From: Thelocarpon superellum | Taxonomy: Eukaryota | Direction of reading: 5' to 3' | Assembly: GCA_026025795.1 (NCBI GenBank) | Contig: JAPEUG010000012.1 | Coordinates: 1-64,000, forward strand | Length of the DNA: 64,000 nucleotides | Shown: piece after piece, positions 1 through 12,545 of the stretch | Numbering within the stretch: the first letter of the stretch is position 1 | Layout of the letters: the number at the start of each line of letters is the position of its first letter | Program-made: the position numbers and the translations under genes | The notes under the pieces: model-generated | Told to the model about the DNA's origin: nothing | The model's database searches: none | The model's input: the letters and a program-made list of their open reading frames with translations, nothing else

Positions 1-802
1 GAGGGGAGGGAAAGGGATCTAGATGGGTGACAAGAGGGCGTAGCTATAGGGAGCCTGCAGCAAGTCCTTTGCGCATGTGCAATGCGCACCAACATGTGAG
101 GTCGGAAAGCGCAGAGTGGGGGATCTCTTGGAGCAATCGAACGAGCCGGTCGTCGATTAGCACTCAGGATATGCGCATTGGGGCGCGGGAGACAGGTCGC
201 GCTTCATAAGCAGACGGCCGACGGCCGACGGCAGACGGCAGATACGAGAGGGGCGGCAGGCGGTCGAGAGAATGGCTTCAGGGCTTACAGAGGCTGCAGC
301 ATTGAGTGACTCCGATCTGTCCTGCCGGCGGAAGGCCGCCCAATGATGACGTCCTGGCGCTCTTGGACAGTGAAAGCTACGCGGCCACGGCTAAGATCAG
401 ACGGAGTTCGGGCCTGTAGAGCCCGGCTGCGCACCGAACGCACGCGACCAGGAGCCAGAAATTGTGTGGTGCCGCGGTGCAGTCTCTGCCGGAGCGGTAG
501 CTTGTCGCTAAGAGCAGGGTCGCGGTGCTACTACGGGTACAGCCCGCCAGCAACGGCGGCGTGGGGTCGGATCATGCTCTCTGTAGGAGGACGAGTGGGA
601 GTACGAGCACTCACAACAGGCGAGGACTTAAGCGGTCGTGGCCCGTACTTGTATGCGGAACGCGGTCACTCTGCCCCACCACGTTGTTGTGCCCGCGTTC
701 GCTTGCACATGGTCGGTCCAACACCAGTGATGGTCGAGACGCGACAGCTGAATTGGCCATCTCCACCATTTCGGATGTGATTCTCGTATAGGATCTATTC
801 CC

Positions 803-1576
803 ATGGCTTCCAACACCCCAACTGAGAGCAGCCAACCTCGCTCGGCGTCACGGACACGGCCGCCAACCTCCCGACCCACCACGCCGCTCCGCTCAGCCTC
901 ACGCTCATCCTTGCGCGAGGGTCACGGGTATGCAAGCGGCGTGGGCGGCGGCGACGCGAACGAAAATCCTCTCGAGGCCTTGGAACCGGCGTTTGCAGAA
1001 TTATCGGATTCCATGGCCGACCTCGAGGCCAATCTTATGCACCTACAATTGATGCATGAGAGCTTGGCGCGCTTCAGCGAGAGCTTTGCCAGCTTTCTGT
1101 ATGGCTTGAATATGAATGCCTTCTGTGTCGACTTTCCCGAGGTATGGAGATGCGGAGATCTCGTCATGATTGTCATTGGAGCTGACTGGGATGGGCAGGC
1201 ACCGATTCCAGAATCTTTTAAACGCGCACGAGAGCAAGCGGAGACCGGTCGGCTGGTTGGTGCGGACCGTTTCCGCCAGGATTTCGACGCCGAAACTACG
1301 TTCATGTGGGTCGAGAAATGTACCAAGATATGAGAATTACCACTAAACAGGACGCTCAACAGGACGACGGATACCTCCTTTGTTGATAACCCTCCCACTT
1401 CGTCGCGGGCCAACCCCCGATTCGAGACGCCCGCACCTGCTCCGAAAACCACCGGCTCCTTTGGCCGCGGAATGATGGGCGCGTCGTCACGAGGGGGAAG
1501 TACTAGGGGAACTGGTAGATCCGCCCGAGGCACTCGGGGCAGTGGGTTGGCGCGTGCCAGGGGAAGAGGAACGTGA
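803..1576 (+). CDS. DAM1: DASH/Dam1 kinetochore complex subunit Dam1 (3 exons; introns 1142-1198 and about 1306-1362)
   Basis: LEPAFAELSDSMADLEANLMHLQLMHESLARFSESFASFLYGLNMNAFCVDFPE|AP is the Dam1 core; splicing gives TTFMTTDTSFVDNPP and an RG-rich tail ending TGA at 1574-1576. Confidence 0.9.
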
Positions 1577-2442
1577 ACGTCGAGGTGAGACAAGTTCTGA
1601 CCTTCGATCGCTGCTCGCGGAGAGCGACTCGCTTCGCTATGTTGAAGCGGGCGATACCGTCTTGCCAAAGGACATGAGTCATCATCGGGCACGGGAGGCA
1701 TATCATCGTCGACGAGAGATACGGCTCTGCCAAGCCAGACGACCGTCTGAGACGGATCCCATCCTCGTACCGCCACGAACGAGAGATATCCAACGTCGCT
1801 CTCGCGCTCGGAGGCCGAACCCAGCTTACAAACAAACCAACGACGAACTAGGATCCCGTGACTGGCAAGGAAACAAGGAGAAGAGCTGATCCTGATGACA
1901 AGGCCCCACAAGACCCAAAGAGCCGCACGATATCGTCGTCTGTAGATATTTCCTGTGCAATGTGTCTGAAGGGTCTCCAATTTACATGGACGGATTAGGC
2001 ATAGGCGGATGGATGTGTATCCACAACCACCCTGGCTGTTCGCTTACCCATGCGCCTAACTGGAAAGCGATGAGTGGCGCCAGTCAGGGACCAAACAGTA
2101 CGGAGTATCAAATTAGGGTCTCATGTGGGAGCTACGTAATATCGGAGCACATGGGCCTATTGTCCTCGCCATTCACCAGGTCTCTTGCTCTTGGGACCAC
2201 GGGGACCACACGGACCACGGTGATTGACCCCCATGACGGTCCTTCTTGATCTGGGACCGGCTCCTGTTCCTTGGTTTCTTTGTTCCCTTGCCATCTCGTG
2301 ATTCTCACGATCTATTGGCAAGTGACAGATAGCATGGTCACGCAGGAGTGGTGATTGGCTTTGACGCTCCTCCATCCACCTCCACGACCTTGCTCTTTCC
2401 TCCATCCACCGGTACCGCATCACCCGCACACAACTCGCCGGC

Positions 2443-4402
2443 ATGACAGAGACCATCACCCTTTCGGTCACGACCGAGGCGCTGGCGCCGGAGGCCCACG
2501 AGCCGTCCAAAGCCACGACGCCTGCTGGATTCCCCTTATACGGCTGCGGTTTGCCCCACCCCCCCGTCCGCCATGGCGTCGAAGCAGAGGCTGACTGGAG
2601 AATGATGATAATCGTAGAGCATGTCGAGAAGTTCCTCTCCGACGAGTCCAAGGCCGCTGCGCAGCCAATTCAGAAGTACATCCGGATCCTGAAGGCACTT
2701 CACGAGCACCGTCCTCGTCGGGCCCAGACCTGTAGCCCTCGGGCACAGAAGGGAGGACGCTCCCTATCCTACACCTCGATTCGACCCACCTATCACTGCT
2801 TACAGTGTTCGAACATTTGTGGCGCGGAGGCACGAGATGACCATGGCACGGCGGAAGGCCATGACTTTGGTGCGTATCAGGCCGGGTGGACCGAGTCGTC
2901 TGGTGCTCACAGCTCCCAGCGGTGGAATCTCGATCAGGATCGCTCTACTGCCTTAAATGTCGCGACCACGTCTATGATCGACTCCTGGAGGAGCTCCGGA
3001 ACCAACGTGATGCCGAGACGGCCTATCCGGGTAGGGAACACCGGAAGAATGAGGGGGCCAGGTTGGATCGTGCTGATCCCATGTGCATCCCTCAGGTCGC
3101 AAGAAACGGAAGCTCCACGAGCTCTATCCCCCCCCGGACGACGTCAAGTACATCCTCGCCAACTCCTCTCGTGCCCCGTGCAAAGCGGCCGGTCTCCGGG
3201 GCCTGTACAACATGGGCCAAACCTGTTTCATCAGCGTCATCCTGCAGAGCTTGATCCACAATCCTCTCCTGAGGAATTATTTTCTTGCCGATGGCCACAA
3301 GGCGGCGGATTGTTCGCGCGAAAACTGTCTCAGCTGCGCGGTCGATGAGATCTTCTCCGATTTCTTCACCGTCGAGAAGACCGACGGGTACGGCGCGGTC
3401 AACGTGCTCAATCGGTCATGGTTGCGCAACCCGGTAGGTGGAGTTGGAAAGTCTGAGAACTGAAGCTGACGGCATCAAGGCCTGGGCAGGGTGTCGACAA
3501 CAGGACGCCCACGAGTATTTCCAATACCTTGTGGACCAACTTCACAGCGAAAGCACGATGGAGGCCGATAACGGAAGAGACCGATGTGCCTGCATCATCC
3601 ACCAGACCTACTACGGACGGCTCCAGAGCGATGTGACCTGCATGAACTGCAACTTCACGTCGACCACGTACGATCCGATGATCGATCTGAGTCTCGACCT
3701 GCGCAATACGCAAGTGGAGAAGCAAGAAAAGCATGAGAAGCAGGAGAAGAAGGCCAAGACATCGACCGACAAGAACAAGCCCGAGCACCAACGACTCACC
3801 CTCTACGACTGCTTACGCAGCTACATCCGGTCGGAAGAGACCAGCTACAACTGCGAGCGGTGTCAAGGATCCCGACAATCGGCCATGAAGCGGCTAAGCA
3901 TCCGCACCTTGCCACCGGTGCTCGCCATCCAATTCAAGGTACGTTGGACGCAAAAGCACCCTCGTCACAAAGACCCAAGACTGACACGGAATGACCCAGC
4001 GATTCGAAGCTGGCTTCGACGCACCGTCCGCCATCGCCGCCAAACTCAACACGCAGGTCCGCTTCCCATTACAACTGGATATGTCACCCTACACGACGCG
4101 AGCGCGACGGCCCGACCGGAACGGCAGCACGCTGGAGCTGCTTCGGTCTTGTACATATGATCTCTCAACCGTCGTCGTGCATATCGGGCAGATCAACGGC
4201 GGACATTACGTCGTGTACTGTCGTGAAGGACACCAGGTACACCTCTCATTCCCTCGTGCTCTCCGTTCCTTGCACACGTAGGGTGAACTGACTCGATCAG
4301 TGGTATCTATTCGACGACAACAAGGTGTCCGCGGCGACGGAAGCGCAGGTTCTAGGCGCCGAAGCGTATCTGCTCATGTACACGGTACGCAACATTACAT
4401 GA
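2443..4402 (+). CDS. UBP8: Ubiquitin C-terminal hydrolase with ZnF-UBP (SAGA DUB Ubp8/USP22-like), multi-exon
   Basis: N-terminal ZnF-UBP (CLQC...H...LYCLKCRDHVYD), Cys box GLYNMGQTCF, QQDAHEY, His box VHIGQINGGHYVVY, last exon WYLFDDNKV...AYLLMY, stop 4400-4402. Confidence 0.85.
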
Positions 4403-4726
4403 GATGAGACGAGTATCTTTGCATGGTCTGGCCTGGCTTGGTCTGGCAAAGAGTAAGGAGCAAGGCGCGAGGAGGGAAATAGTCATTGGACGCCAGGCTT
4501 GACGAGATAGGACGTCGAGCTGCTTCAAGTGCGTCGAAATTAGTCTCAGTGTCCTGGCGTTCCTCGAGTGTAGAGTTGTACCAAGGGGGAATGAGGAGAG
4601 GGACGACTGGGGAGGGAGAGAGTAAGGTATTAAGGTATGGAATTGATTGGTTGGTTGATTAATCCAACTGAGTCCCATCTGAATGGGCATTAGACCACTT
4701 GTTCCCTCCGTACTTGCTTCCCTCCC

Positions 4727-4750
4727 TCCATCCATCCATCCATCCATCCA
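4727..4750. repeat. (CCAT)n microsatellite
   Basis: tccatccatccatccatccatcca between convergent genes. Confidence 0.8.
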
Positions 4751-5037
4751 ATCCAGAGAATGACATTACTTGGGGATGACGTGATGAGTATAACGGGCGA
4801 AACAACAGAGCAGGAAGAAATATGCATGGGGTATGTTGCGGATGGCAGTACAGCCAACATCTTCGACGCCGAGAAAGAGCAAAGCGAGAGAGAGAATCAG
4901 ATGGTATGACGTCGTATCGGACGGAGACCGAGCCGAGCAAAGCGAGAAGAGAAGAGGAGAGGGAGGAAACGAGACGAGGCGAGCAGAATTCCAGTCTATA
5001 GCGCCTGTCTCACCTCCTTCACTCCTCTTCTTCCGTC

Positions 5038-7214
5038 TCACGCCTGTGGCTGGTGCGACCACGCTGTAGTCGCTGCTGCCGCCGCCGCCGCTGCTGCTGC
5101 TACTTCTGCAGCTTCTGCTGAAGAAGGCAAGGAGGAGGGGGAAGACGCAGGAGCAAGCCTCGAACGCAGTTCTCGTGCCTCGGCCCAGCCCTTGAGAGCC
5201 AAAAGACCCAGCATCCACGACATCAACAGCCCCGTCGCGCCCATGGTCACCGTGAAGATGAACATCGGGCCGAGGTCGTACCGTTCCATCGTGCTGATTG
5301 TGTCGGCGTTCTATGTCCAAGAGGGCCATGTTAGATACGAGGTGCGCAAGGGGTGAAGGCGGGAAGACGTACGCTGGCCATGAAAATTATTCCACCAGAG
5401 ATCAGACAGAAGGACGTCACTAATTCCGAAGGTGGTCGGGACGGGAGAATTGACTTGGGTGGTGACAGGAAGAAGATTAGATATGTCACGGCGCGAGCGA
5501 GGGACGCGGCCACGAGTAAGTTGCCCCACTGTGGACAATCGCGTCAGTCTTGCTCCTTCTTGCTCCTCGTGGCGTTCAGTTACTGAGACCCACCTGCGCA
5601 TGCACCATGGTCGCCGTCATCGATTCCTGGTGATGCGAGCTCATGATCACACCCAGTAGAAGCGTGACGATTCCCGGCATGGGGTTCATGGAGATCTTGG
5701 ATGTCGGGGAATAATCCCATTTCCCATCGGCTCGATTGAAGTTCTCCGTTGACCGAGCGGCGATGTCGTTCGCCCGAGAGTTGAGCAGATCGCTGACGCG
5801 TCGTGACTCAACCAACATGCCACACTGTCCGTCGTCAGCGTGAATCTTTCTGACATCTCGACCGCACTCACCAGCCCACCACCAAATGCCAAGATGCTGA
5901 TGGAAATGTGCTCCAGATCCTGCCCGGTGTACGCGCCACCCCAATGCCCTAGGTGCTCGAGGAAGACGTTGGTCGAGCCGTAGAGGAAGTACAGGAACGC
6001 CTCGACGAATTCGGCCGATGGTGCATTCCCTTTCCCCTGGCCCACGGCCGCCTTGGAGGGCTTGAGGTTCCACGCCCAACCAATGTCGGCAAAGCAGCCC
6101 ATCCATCGACCAAGCGTGAGCAGCCCGTACCAGAAGAAGATGCCGCCCTTGATGAAGTGGGCCAGTCCGTTGAAGATCTGACGTCCTCTCTGACGATGAT
6201 TGTTAGCGTTCCGACCTTCATCCCCAAGAGCACCCACGTACAAAGAGGCCACCATAGGTAACGATGCCGCTGGTCAGGGCGACAAATCCGACAATCAAGA
6301 TGGTACGGTTCAGCGTCTCGTACACGAACATGCATACGCGCGTGGCACGGCGCGAGAGGATGCCTGTCAGCTTGCTGGCGAGAAAGCGATGGGCCGCGCT
6401 GCCGGGAAGGAAGCTTGGCTTCTCCATCCCACGGCCAAGGCCCTCGCTGTCATATGCTTGCCCGTCCTCTTCCGCGTCCGACATCAGCTGCTCGCGCGAC
6501 CGTTGCTCCTCGCCCGTCGGGCTACGCAACGTCGTCGACGACCGCTCCGTGCCTTGGCCGCTATCTTCCGAGAAGCGGTCGGTGTGCGACGACTGTAGCA
6601 GATGCGTCCGCTGATGCGTCGCCATGGCGTCCACAGACACCGGGAAGTACGATTCCCGCTGCACAAACTCTCCTGCTCGACTACCAAAGTGTCGGTTGTA
6701 CAAGCCCACCAAGCCCAGGGCCACCTGTCCGCTGACCATCCACGTCACGATCCATCCCAGCTTGTGATGCGCGTTGTTCTGGTATAGATCAGGCGTGTTG
6801 GCGTTGTAGATCGTGCCCGTCACGAGCCCACCCGCGTTGACCGCAAGAAAGACAATCTGGAGAGGAAAGGTGAAGCGCGAACGCGCGATGCTGAGCATAA
6901 CACCTACAAAGACAATGAGCATTTACCCGGGCGCAATGGACCGCATACGTACATAGTGGGAGCAAAAAGACCCAGGCAGTGATCATGAGAGCAATGTGCG
7001 CCGAGATGGACTCTGAATAGGACGAGAGTCCAAAGTAGCTCGGCACACGGTCCGAGTCGGAGATCGAATGCATCGTGCCGTTGGACACCGCACCCGTGCT
7101 GCCCGACTCTGTGCCGGGCGAGGCATGGTCGTGACCATGCGCGTCGACCGGCGGCGCGAGCTCTGATAGGACGGCCGCAGCCGATAGGATGAAGATCCGA
7201 CCGAGCCGCGGCAT
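5038..7214 (-). CDS. Ytp1/DUF2427-family integral membrane protein, multi-exon
   Basis: Signal peptide MPRLGRIFILSAAAV, HIALM, NNAHHKLGW, FNGLAHFIKGGIFFWYG, NVFLEHL, DLEHISI, MSSHHQ...MVHAQ motifs across ORFs 6789-7226, 6218-6922, 5686-6255, 5576-6106, 5331-5513 and 5038-5289. Confidence 0.8.
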
Positions 7215-8832
7215 GTATTGGTGCAAGTAAAAGCTGTCTCTGATATCGGTATATCGGGAGAGGGCAGGACTGCGGAGCCGATCGATGTGCTATCGTTCGA
7301 GGTGTGTAAGGAGAGATTGGGGGGAAAATACGGAGGGGAGCAGATGGCAGTGGATAAGAGTCACCTCACGGACGACACGGTTATGACGTGGGGAAGGATG
7401 GATCTGGGGTCACAGTACTCGGTACTCTGCACATGAGGGTGTGGTCGGCATACGGCGAAGGCAGATGCAGAAGGCAAATGCGGCCGCGGGGATCATCGAA
7501 TGGCGCACATAGGGATGACAGGCAGACCAGCGGCGCTACAACGACCACCGCGCGGCGATTGGTAAGCCCGAGCTTCTCGGCCATGACCCGGGGAAACCTC
7601 CGATTTCTCCGCGCTCGGAGACTTGGCAGCTGGCGCTGGCGCTGGCGCGGTCGGAAGGGGGGCAAGGGTTTGCGGCACATAGGACCGACGGCGTGTTGGT
7701 TTATCGGAGCTACAACCTGTATGTTAGTGAAGGATATATTGCATCCGGCTAAGGCTGCGGACCGACGATTCGCCCTTGGGATAAGTTATCGCTTCGCTGC
7801 CTGACGCGGGCGCAGGTCGCTTGCAGATGCACGTTTGTCCCTCCACCGCCACGGTTACTGCATGGTAGTACCGGCTGTAACATAGTAGTAGCCGGAGCTC
7901 CTACCGCCCGATGGACAACGGGGCAAGGCGCTGCACGGGAGCAGTGCACAACGGATGCACCCCAGCCTCCATGCGCATCAACGCCTCGGCGGCAACCTCA
8001 TCTACTCTAATGGGTACTTTGGGTCGACACCACGAGAGGCGGAGACGACGGGCAGAACGAGGCAGAGAAAAGTGCACTTGATCAAAGACAAATCTGCTGG
8101 TCGCAGCACCTCTCCGAGGCTCGCAGCGAGACTAGTCGTAGTGCTCATCGACCATCATCGGCGGCTCGAGATGACGGAGGTTGCTCCAGTCTCACTAATC
8201 CACGGGGATAACTGTTGGGTGGCTCGGACGTAAAGACCGCCGAATCCCAATCCCGGCCCCGGACCCCACAGGGCGTTCTTGGCGTCAGGACGGACCGCGC
8301 CTTCACGTGCATTTTGGCGGATGAAGACGCAATAGAATCCTACACCGCCGATGCAAGGACCTGGGTGATGCCCCCAATCACAGCCACGCTCGACCGAAGA
8401 GTATGCGATACCGCCGATTCCCGGGCCCACCGGTCTATTTCTGATTGGTGGTGGGGACAGAGGCAAGGTCACATGAGATACCAGGTAAGTTACCCTTGGC
8501 CCGACCATCTGGGATGGACCCTCTTCCATGGGAGATGACGGAACGCCGCGGCCAACTCACGCGGGAAGCCTAACCAGCTCGCTAGTCTTGACGCCGAGAC
8601 CAACGTCTCTCGACCCTCATGACTTTTTGCCGCGACCAAATCAATTTCGTGATGGCCGATCGGTGCCATGCTCGAGGTCGGATGCTTAGGAGTCCCGTAC
8701 TTTCGGAAAGATCCACTCGCCGCCCCACCACACACAGGAGCATGGTGGCTACGTAGCGGGGTGTCACCAGCGGTTCGGCTGTGAGGCCGGTGGATTTTCT
8801 CGTCACGGTCCCCGTACCTACGGTCCCCGTGT

Positions 8833-9909
8833 CTACGCGTCCGACCGCGACCAGGTCCAGTCCTGACATTCAAAATTGGCGTAGCAGCGGAACTCGTTGC
8901 TCAAGCCTTTCGCATGATGGGGCCGGAAGGTTGTCAGCTGCATGCCCACTTTGCCATGCAGTTGCTGCACAAGCGAGCCCATTCTTTCCCCGGTGCAGAC
9001 AATGACTCGTATGCGGTCTTTTCCGTCGTTGATCGAGAGCGGCCGCTTCGTCCCACTACTGACGGTGGGAACGTTGACGGGCTCGGGTTTGGACAGCCAG
9101 CGCACCGTCACCGCCGCTGTCGACGTCAGCACGGACGCATTCGTGTTGGTCGGTTTCCATCGCTATCACGACTGACCTTTGGTCTGACAGTCGGGGCTCA
9201 AAAAGGGTGGGTCACAGATGATGCGATCGAAGCTGCCCTTCAGCTCTACTGCACCCCCCGTCGGTCAGGCAGTGGAGCGGGCGCGGTCACAGATGACGCA
9301 CATGGTAGCCGCAGGGGATGATGGAAATCGTACGGGACGTATTCCTTGAAGACCTCGAAACGCTGGTCGAATTCTAGGAGATGAATCCGTGGTCGCTCGG
9401 AAGGAGTCTTCGAGGCCTATGAGTCAAAGGTGGATCAGCCTCCCCTCGCTCCCGCACGTAGAGGCGGGACCGATGCGGGGCACTGACGAGGATGTGTTTG
9501 ACTTTGACAAAGACACTCGGCGCCGAGACGATGCCGACCGAGTCATCGGCTGTCGTTCCATCCAGAAGCTGCCTGGCAAGACAAGTCGCCGTAGTCTCGT
9601 CGTACTTTGAGCCAAGGCCCAGTCAGCACAACCCCAGCTATGATCAGGAGTCACCATACCCAAAATTGGCTTGCATTCCAGTCTTCGGTAAAGGCGTCCA
9701 TAGTCAATGACGTTTGGTCCAAATCCTGGTCCGCTCTGGCTCTGAGGTCTTCAAACTCCTTTTGCCGGACATCTTGCTCGGCGTAGAACTCTCGGAGCGC
9801 ATCCACTGCTCCGGCGGAGAGCGTGCTTCGGTTCCCACATCAGTCTCGACTGAAGCTCGGAGGACCACTAGACGTACAGCGGCTCTTCGGGTTCCTCTCC
9901 TTCCTCCAT
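8833..9909 (-). CDS. EFM5: eEF1A protein-lysine N-methyltransferase Efm5 (N6AMT2 family), 6 exons
   Basis: Manual splicing gives MEEGEEPEEPL|TLSAGAVDALREFYAE...FTEDWNASQFW|YDETTA...VSAPSVFV...|LLEFDQRF...YDFHHP|...IICDPPFLSPDCQTK|AAVTVRWL...CTGERM...GLSNEFRCYANF; every junction is GT..AG. Confidence 0.9.
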
Positions 9910-10650
9910 AATGGGTCGGAATACGATTTTCGAGGAATTATGTTCCAATGGATCTCAGTAAGGGAAATTCCGCGGAGAAATGAAGAACGCTTGCGACTCA
10001 GCCCCGTGGACCAATTTTCTGCTCGTATATCTGACACGTAGGTCGCGTGATGAGCTGTCGCTGAGCGATCACTATCATTGAGGAGCTTATTTCCTAGAGG
10101 GAGGGAGCCGCGTGAAGACCCGTGCAGCTTAGGCGCAGAGGGCTACAAGTGACGCGACGTCCATTTAGATCTCCTTTCGGCACAAGCCGCTACTCTCCGG
10201 GCCAGAGTTGTGTTCACCAACCGCAACGGCCAGCTTCTCCTCACTTCGACACCTGTCACTATTGATGTCCTCTACGACCAGGGCATGGTCCAATCAGATG
10301 GGTGGTGTGCTCTCATTTGCTTCAGTGACGACCCTGATACTGCAACACTCTCAAGAAGTCCACTTCTTGACACTGCTCGTGAATGAAGCACCAGTGACGC
10401 GTCGTTCCTCTTCGTGAATGCACCATGGCGCACCTTGTTGATATGCTGCTCCACGCAGCTGGTCCAGCTTCAGTTTTGCTCCTGTTCCTGGTTCAGCTTA
10501 AGAGAATTCAGCTTCAGCTATCCTCTCTTCTCCTCGTCTGCACAATCGTTCAACCGGTGCTACAACGTTCCGTTCTTGACCACTCCTCACCATCTGTCGC
10601 ATTCGTTGGCCCCAATCAGCTTCCAGCAAACAGTCTCCCATCACGCAAGA

Positions 10651-11612
10651 ATGTCTCGTCGATGGCAAGGCGCCCCTCATTACCGAGATCAATCTCTGGA
10701 TCCAGAGGAATGGGCCACGGAGGGAGAACAGCCTCCGGAGGCCTCCCAAGATGAATATCCAGTGCCAGAGGTCCTTCCTGGCGTTACCCACCCCTACTAC
10801 ACTGGCTGGAACCCTCACTCTCACTTTCCATCCCAGCCTATACCATACGCCAGCTTCCCCGCGCTGGTCCCGTTTGCCCAGCCACCGGTTCCGGCCCCTA
10901 CCACGGTAGCGGGGCAACTGGCGTACCTCCAGTCGTCCACGTACGTCGGCCAACCGTTCCCGCCACTATATACGCTGGGGCACCCGTCTCATGGCACGGG
11001 GCCAGCCTCGTTGACGCCGATGCCCGTGCCGCGCCCCACGCCCAGTCACCCTCTTCGGGAAGGCCAGGGGCCCTTCGGAGATCCCGGCCTGCCTGCCGGC
11101 CGATTCCATCCCCCAGTGATCCCTCCGTCCCTACTCCCGTTTGTGCGAGAGCCCATTCTCCCGCCAGCTCTCGCGATCCCCGCCCACCCCGCCGCTCCTA
11201 CTGGGAGCAACGCTCCGGCAGCCGACGAGGGCGCGCCGCGCGGGAGGCGCACCCGGCGTCCCGGGAGCGAGATCCCGCGCCACTTTCACTGCAGCTGGCC
11301 GGGTTGCGACAAAGCCTACGAACTACTAGGCTACCTCAACAACCACATCGTGGCCAAGGGCCATGGGCCAAAGAGACTGCGGGCGGGTGAGTCAATTCTG
11401 AGCTCCGCCCTTCCCAATCCGCTTATATTCCGCTGTCTTCCAAGTCGCTGACTGACTCTACGACAGAGTTTCCCGAGGTCCCGGTGGAGGCCACCCGGCG
11501 GGCCCAGCCAGGGCGAGGTGACCGAGGTGGTGGCCGTGCTGGAGGCCGTGGCTCACGCGGGCCCCGTGGATCCCGTGGATCTTCTCAGGCGGGATCCATG
11601 GGGGGCTGCTAA
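10651..11612 (+). CDS. Pro-rich single C2H2 zinc-finger protein, divergent Con7-like, with RGG-rich tail (intron 11387-11466)
   Basis: RRTRRPGSEIPRHFHCSWPGCDKAYELLGYLNNHIVAKGHGPKRLRA|EF resembles the Con7 finger; gtgagt...ctgac...cag intron; stop TAA 11610-11612. Confidence 0.7.
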
Positions 11613-11951
11613 CTAGGGGCCCGTCCTGTCCTTACGGCGCCGAGCGACCGGTCGCCGGCGAGCCAATCGCGTCGGCGTTCTTCGGGACGACAGACGAACG
11701 AGCAAGACCTGGGACGGAGATCCTTTCCTGTAGGAGGAAAGGATACTTGAAGGCCGCCGAGGAAGGCGCTGGCGTTTTTATGACGCGGAGCCGGGCGTTA
11801 GCGTTTTGTGCTCTTTCAGCTGTATAGTAGCCATTTTTCTGTGTCGTGATGGTTCATCATCCGGTGATCTCAATATAGTAGATTGTGATCTCGTATTGGG
11901 GGCCCGAATCGTCTACGGTTTGTAAATTTAAATAAGCGCTGATTAATTTTA

Positions 11952-12048
11952 GTTGCAATGCCAGAGTGGTTAATGGGTGAGACTTGAATTTCTATGTTTG
12001 AGCCATCTCATGGCTTCGGCCGCGGAGGTTCGAGCCCTCCTTGCAACG
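11952..12048 (+). tRNA. tRNA-Ser(TGA) with 16-nt intron (11989-12004)
   Basis: Acceptor GTTGCAA/TTGCAAC with G discriminator, D-arm CCA-GAGTGGTTAA-TGG, anticodon stem TGAGA/TCTCA with CT-TGA-A, long variable arm GGC-TTCG-GCC, T-arm GGAGG-TTCGAGC-CCTCC, downstream T-run. Confidence 0.93.
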
Positions 12049-12545
12049 CAATAACATTTTTAGCTCTCATCTTTACGTCCAGATCTGATATTCTTTTTGC
12101 TTCGCATCAATTATCGCGGAGCACTCTGTCGTGATATTGAAGGCCAAGCAACGTGCGCCTTGCTCCGCTGGTTGCTGATGCCGAAGGTGCCTAATCCTTG
12201 CTAGGGGCTGGGGAGCGAGTAATGGAGCAGCCCCAGTATTTTGGATCGGAGCTGGATGTTGAGAGTTCTCCAGGGATACACAAGCCTGGGGCGAGAACGT
12301 TTTACGGCAGCGATTGACTTCTCGGCTCGGCCCACTCGAACTGACATCGAAAAGCGACAAAGATTACTTCTCCATGCAGAGGATGAGGAGGCTGAACAGC
12401 TCCCCCCGCGTGGTGGAAGACATACGCAATTTCACGTGGTTGGAGCCGAGGTCGACGGAGCTTCATCCCCATCTCCCCAGCACCTTGATATGACTGTCAA
12501 CTTCGCAGTGGAATGGTGCTAGGGGATTGCTACAATAAATTGGTC

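Noticed and set aside
922..1980. 352-aa minus-strand ORF
   Set aside because: Antisense shadow of DAM1 with no recognisable motifs
11952..12048. Possible selenocysteine or suppressor tRNA
   Set aside because: The anticodon is TGA (reads UCA, Ser), not TCA, and the arms are the standard 7/5 bp
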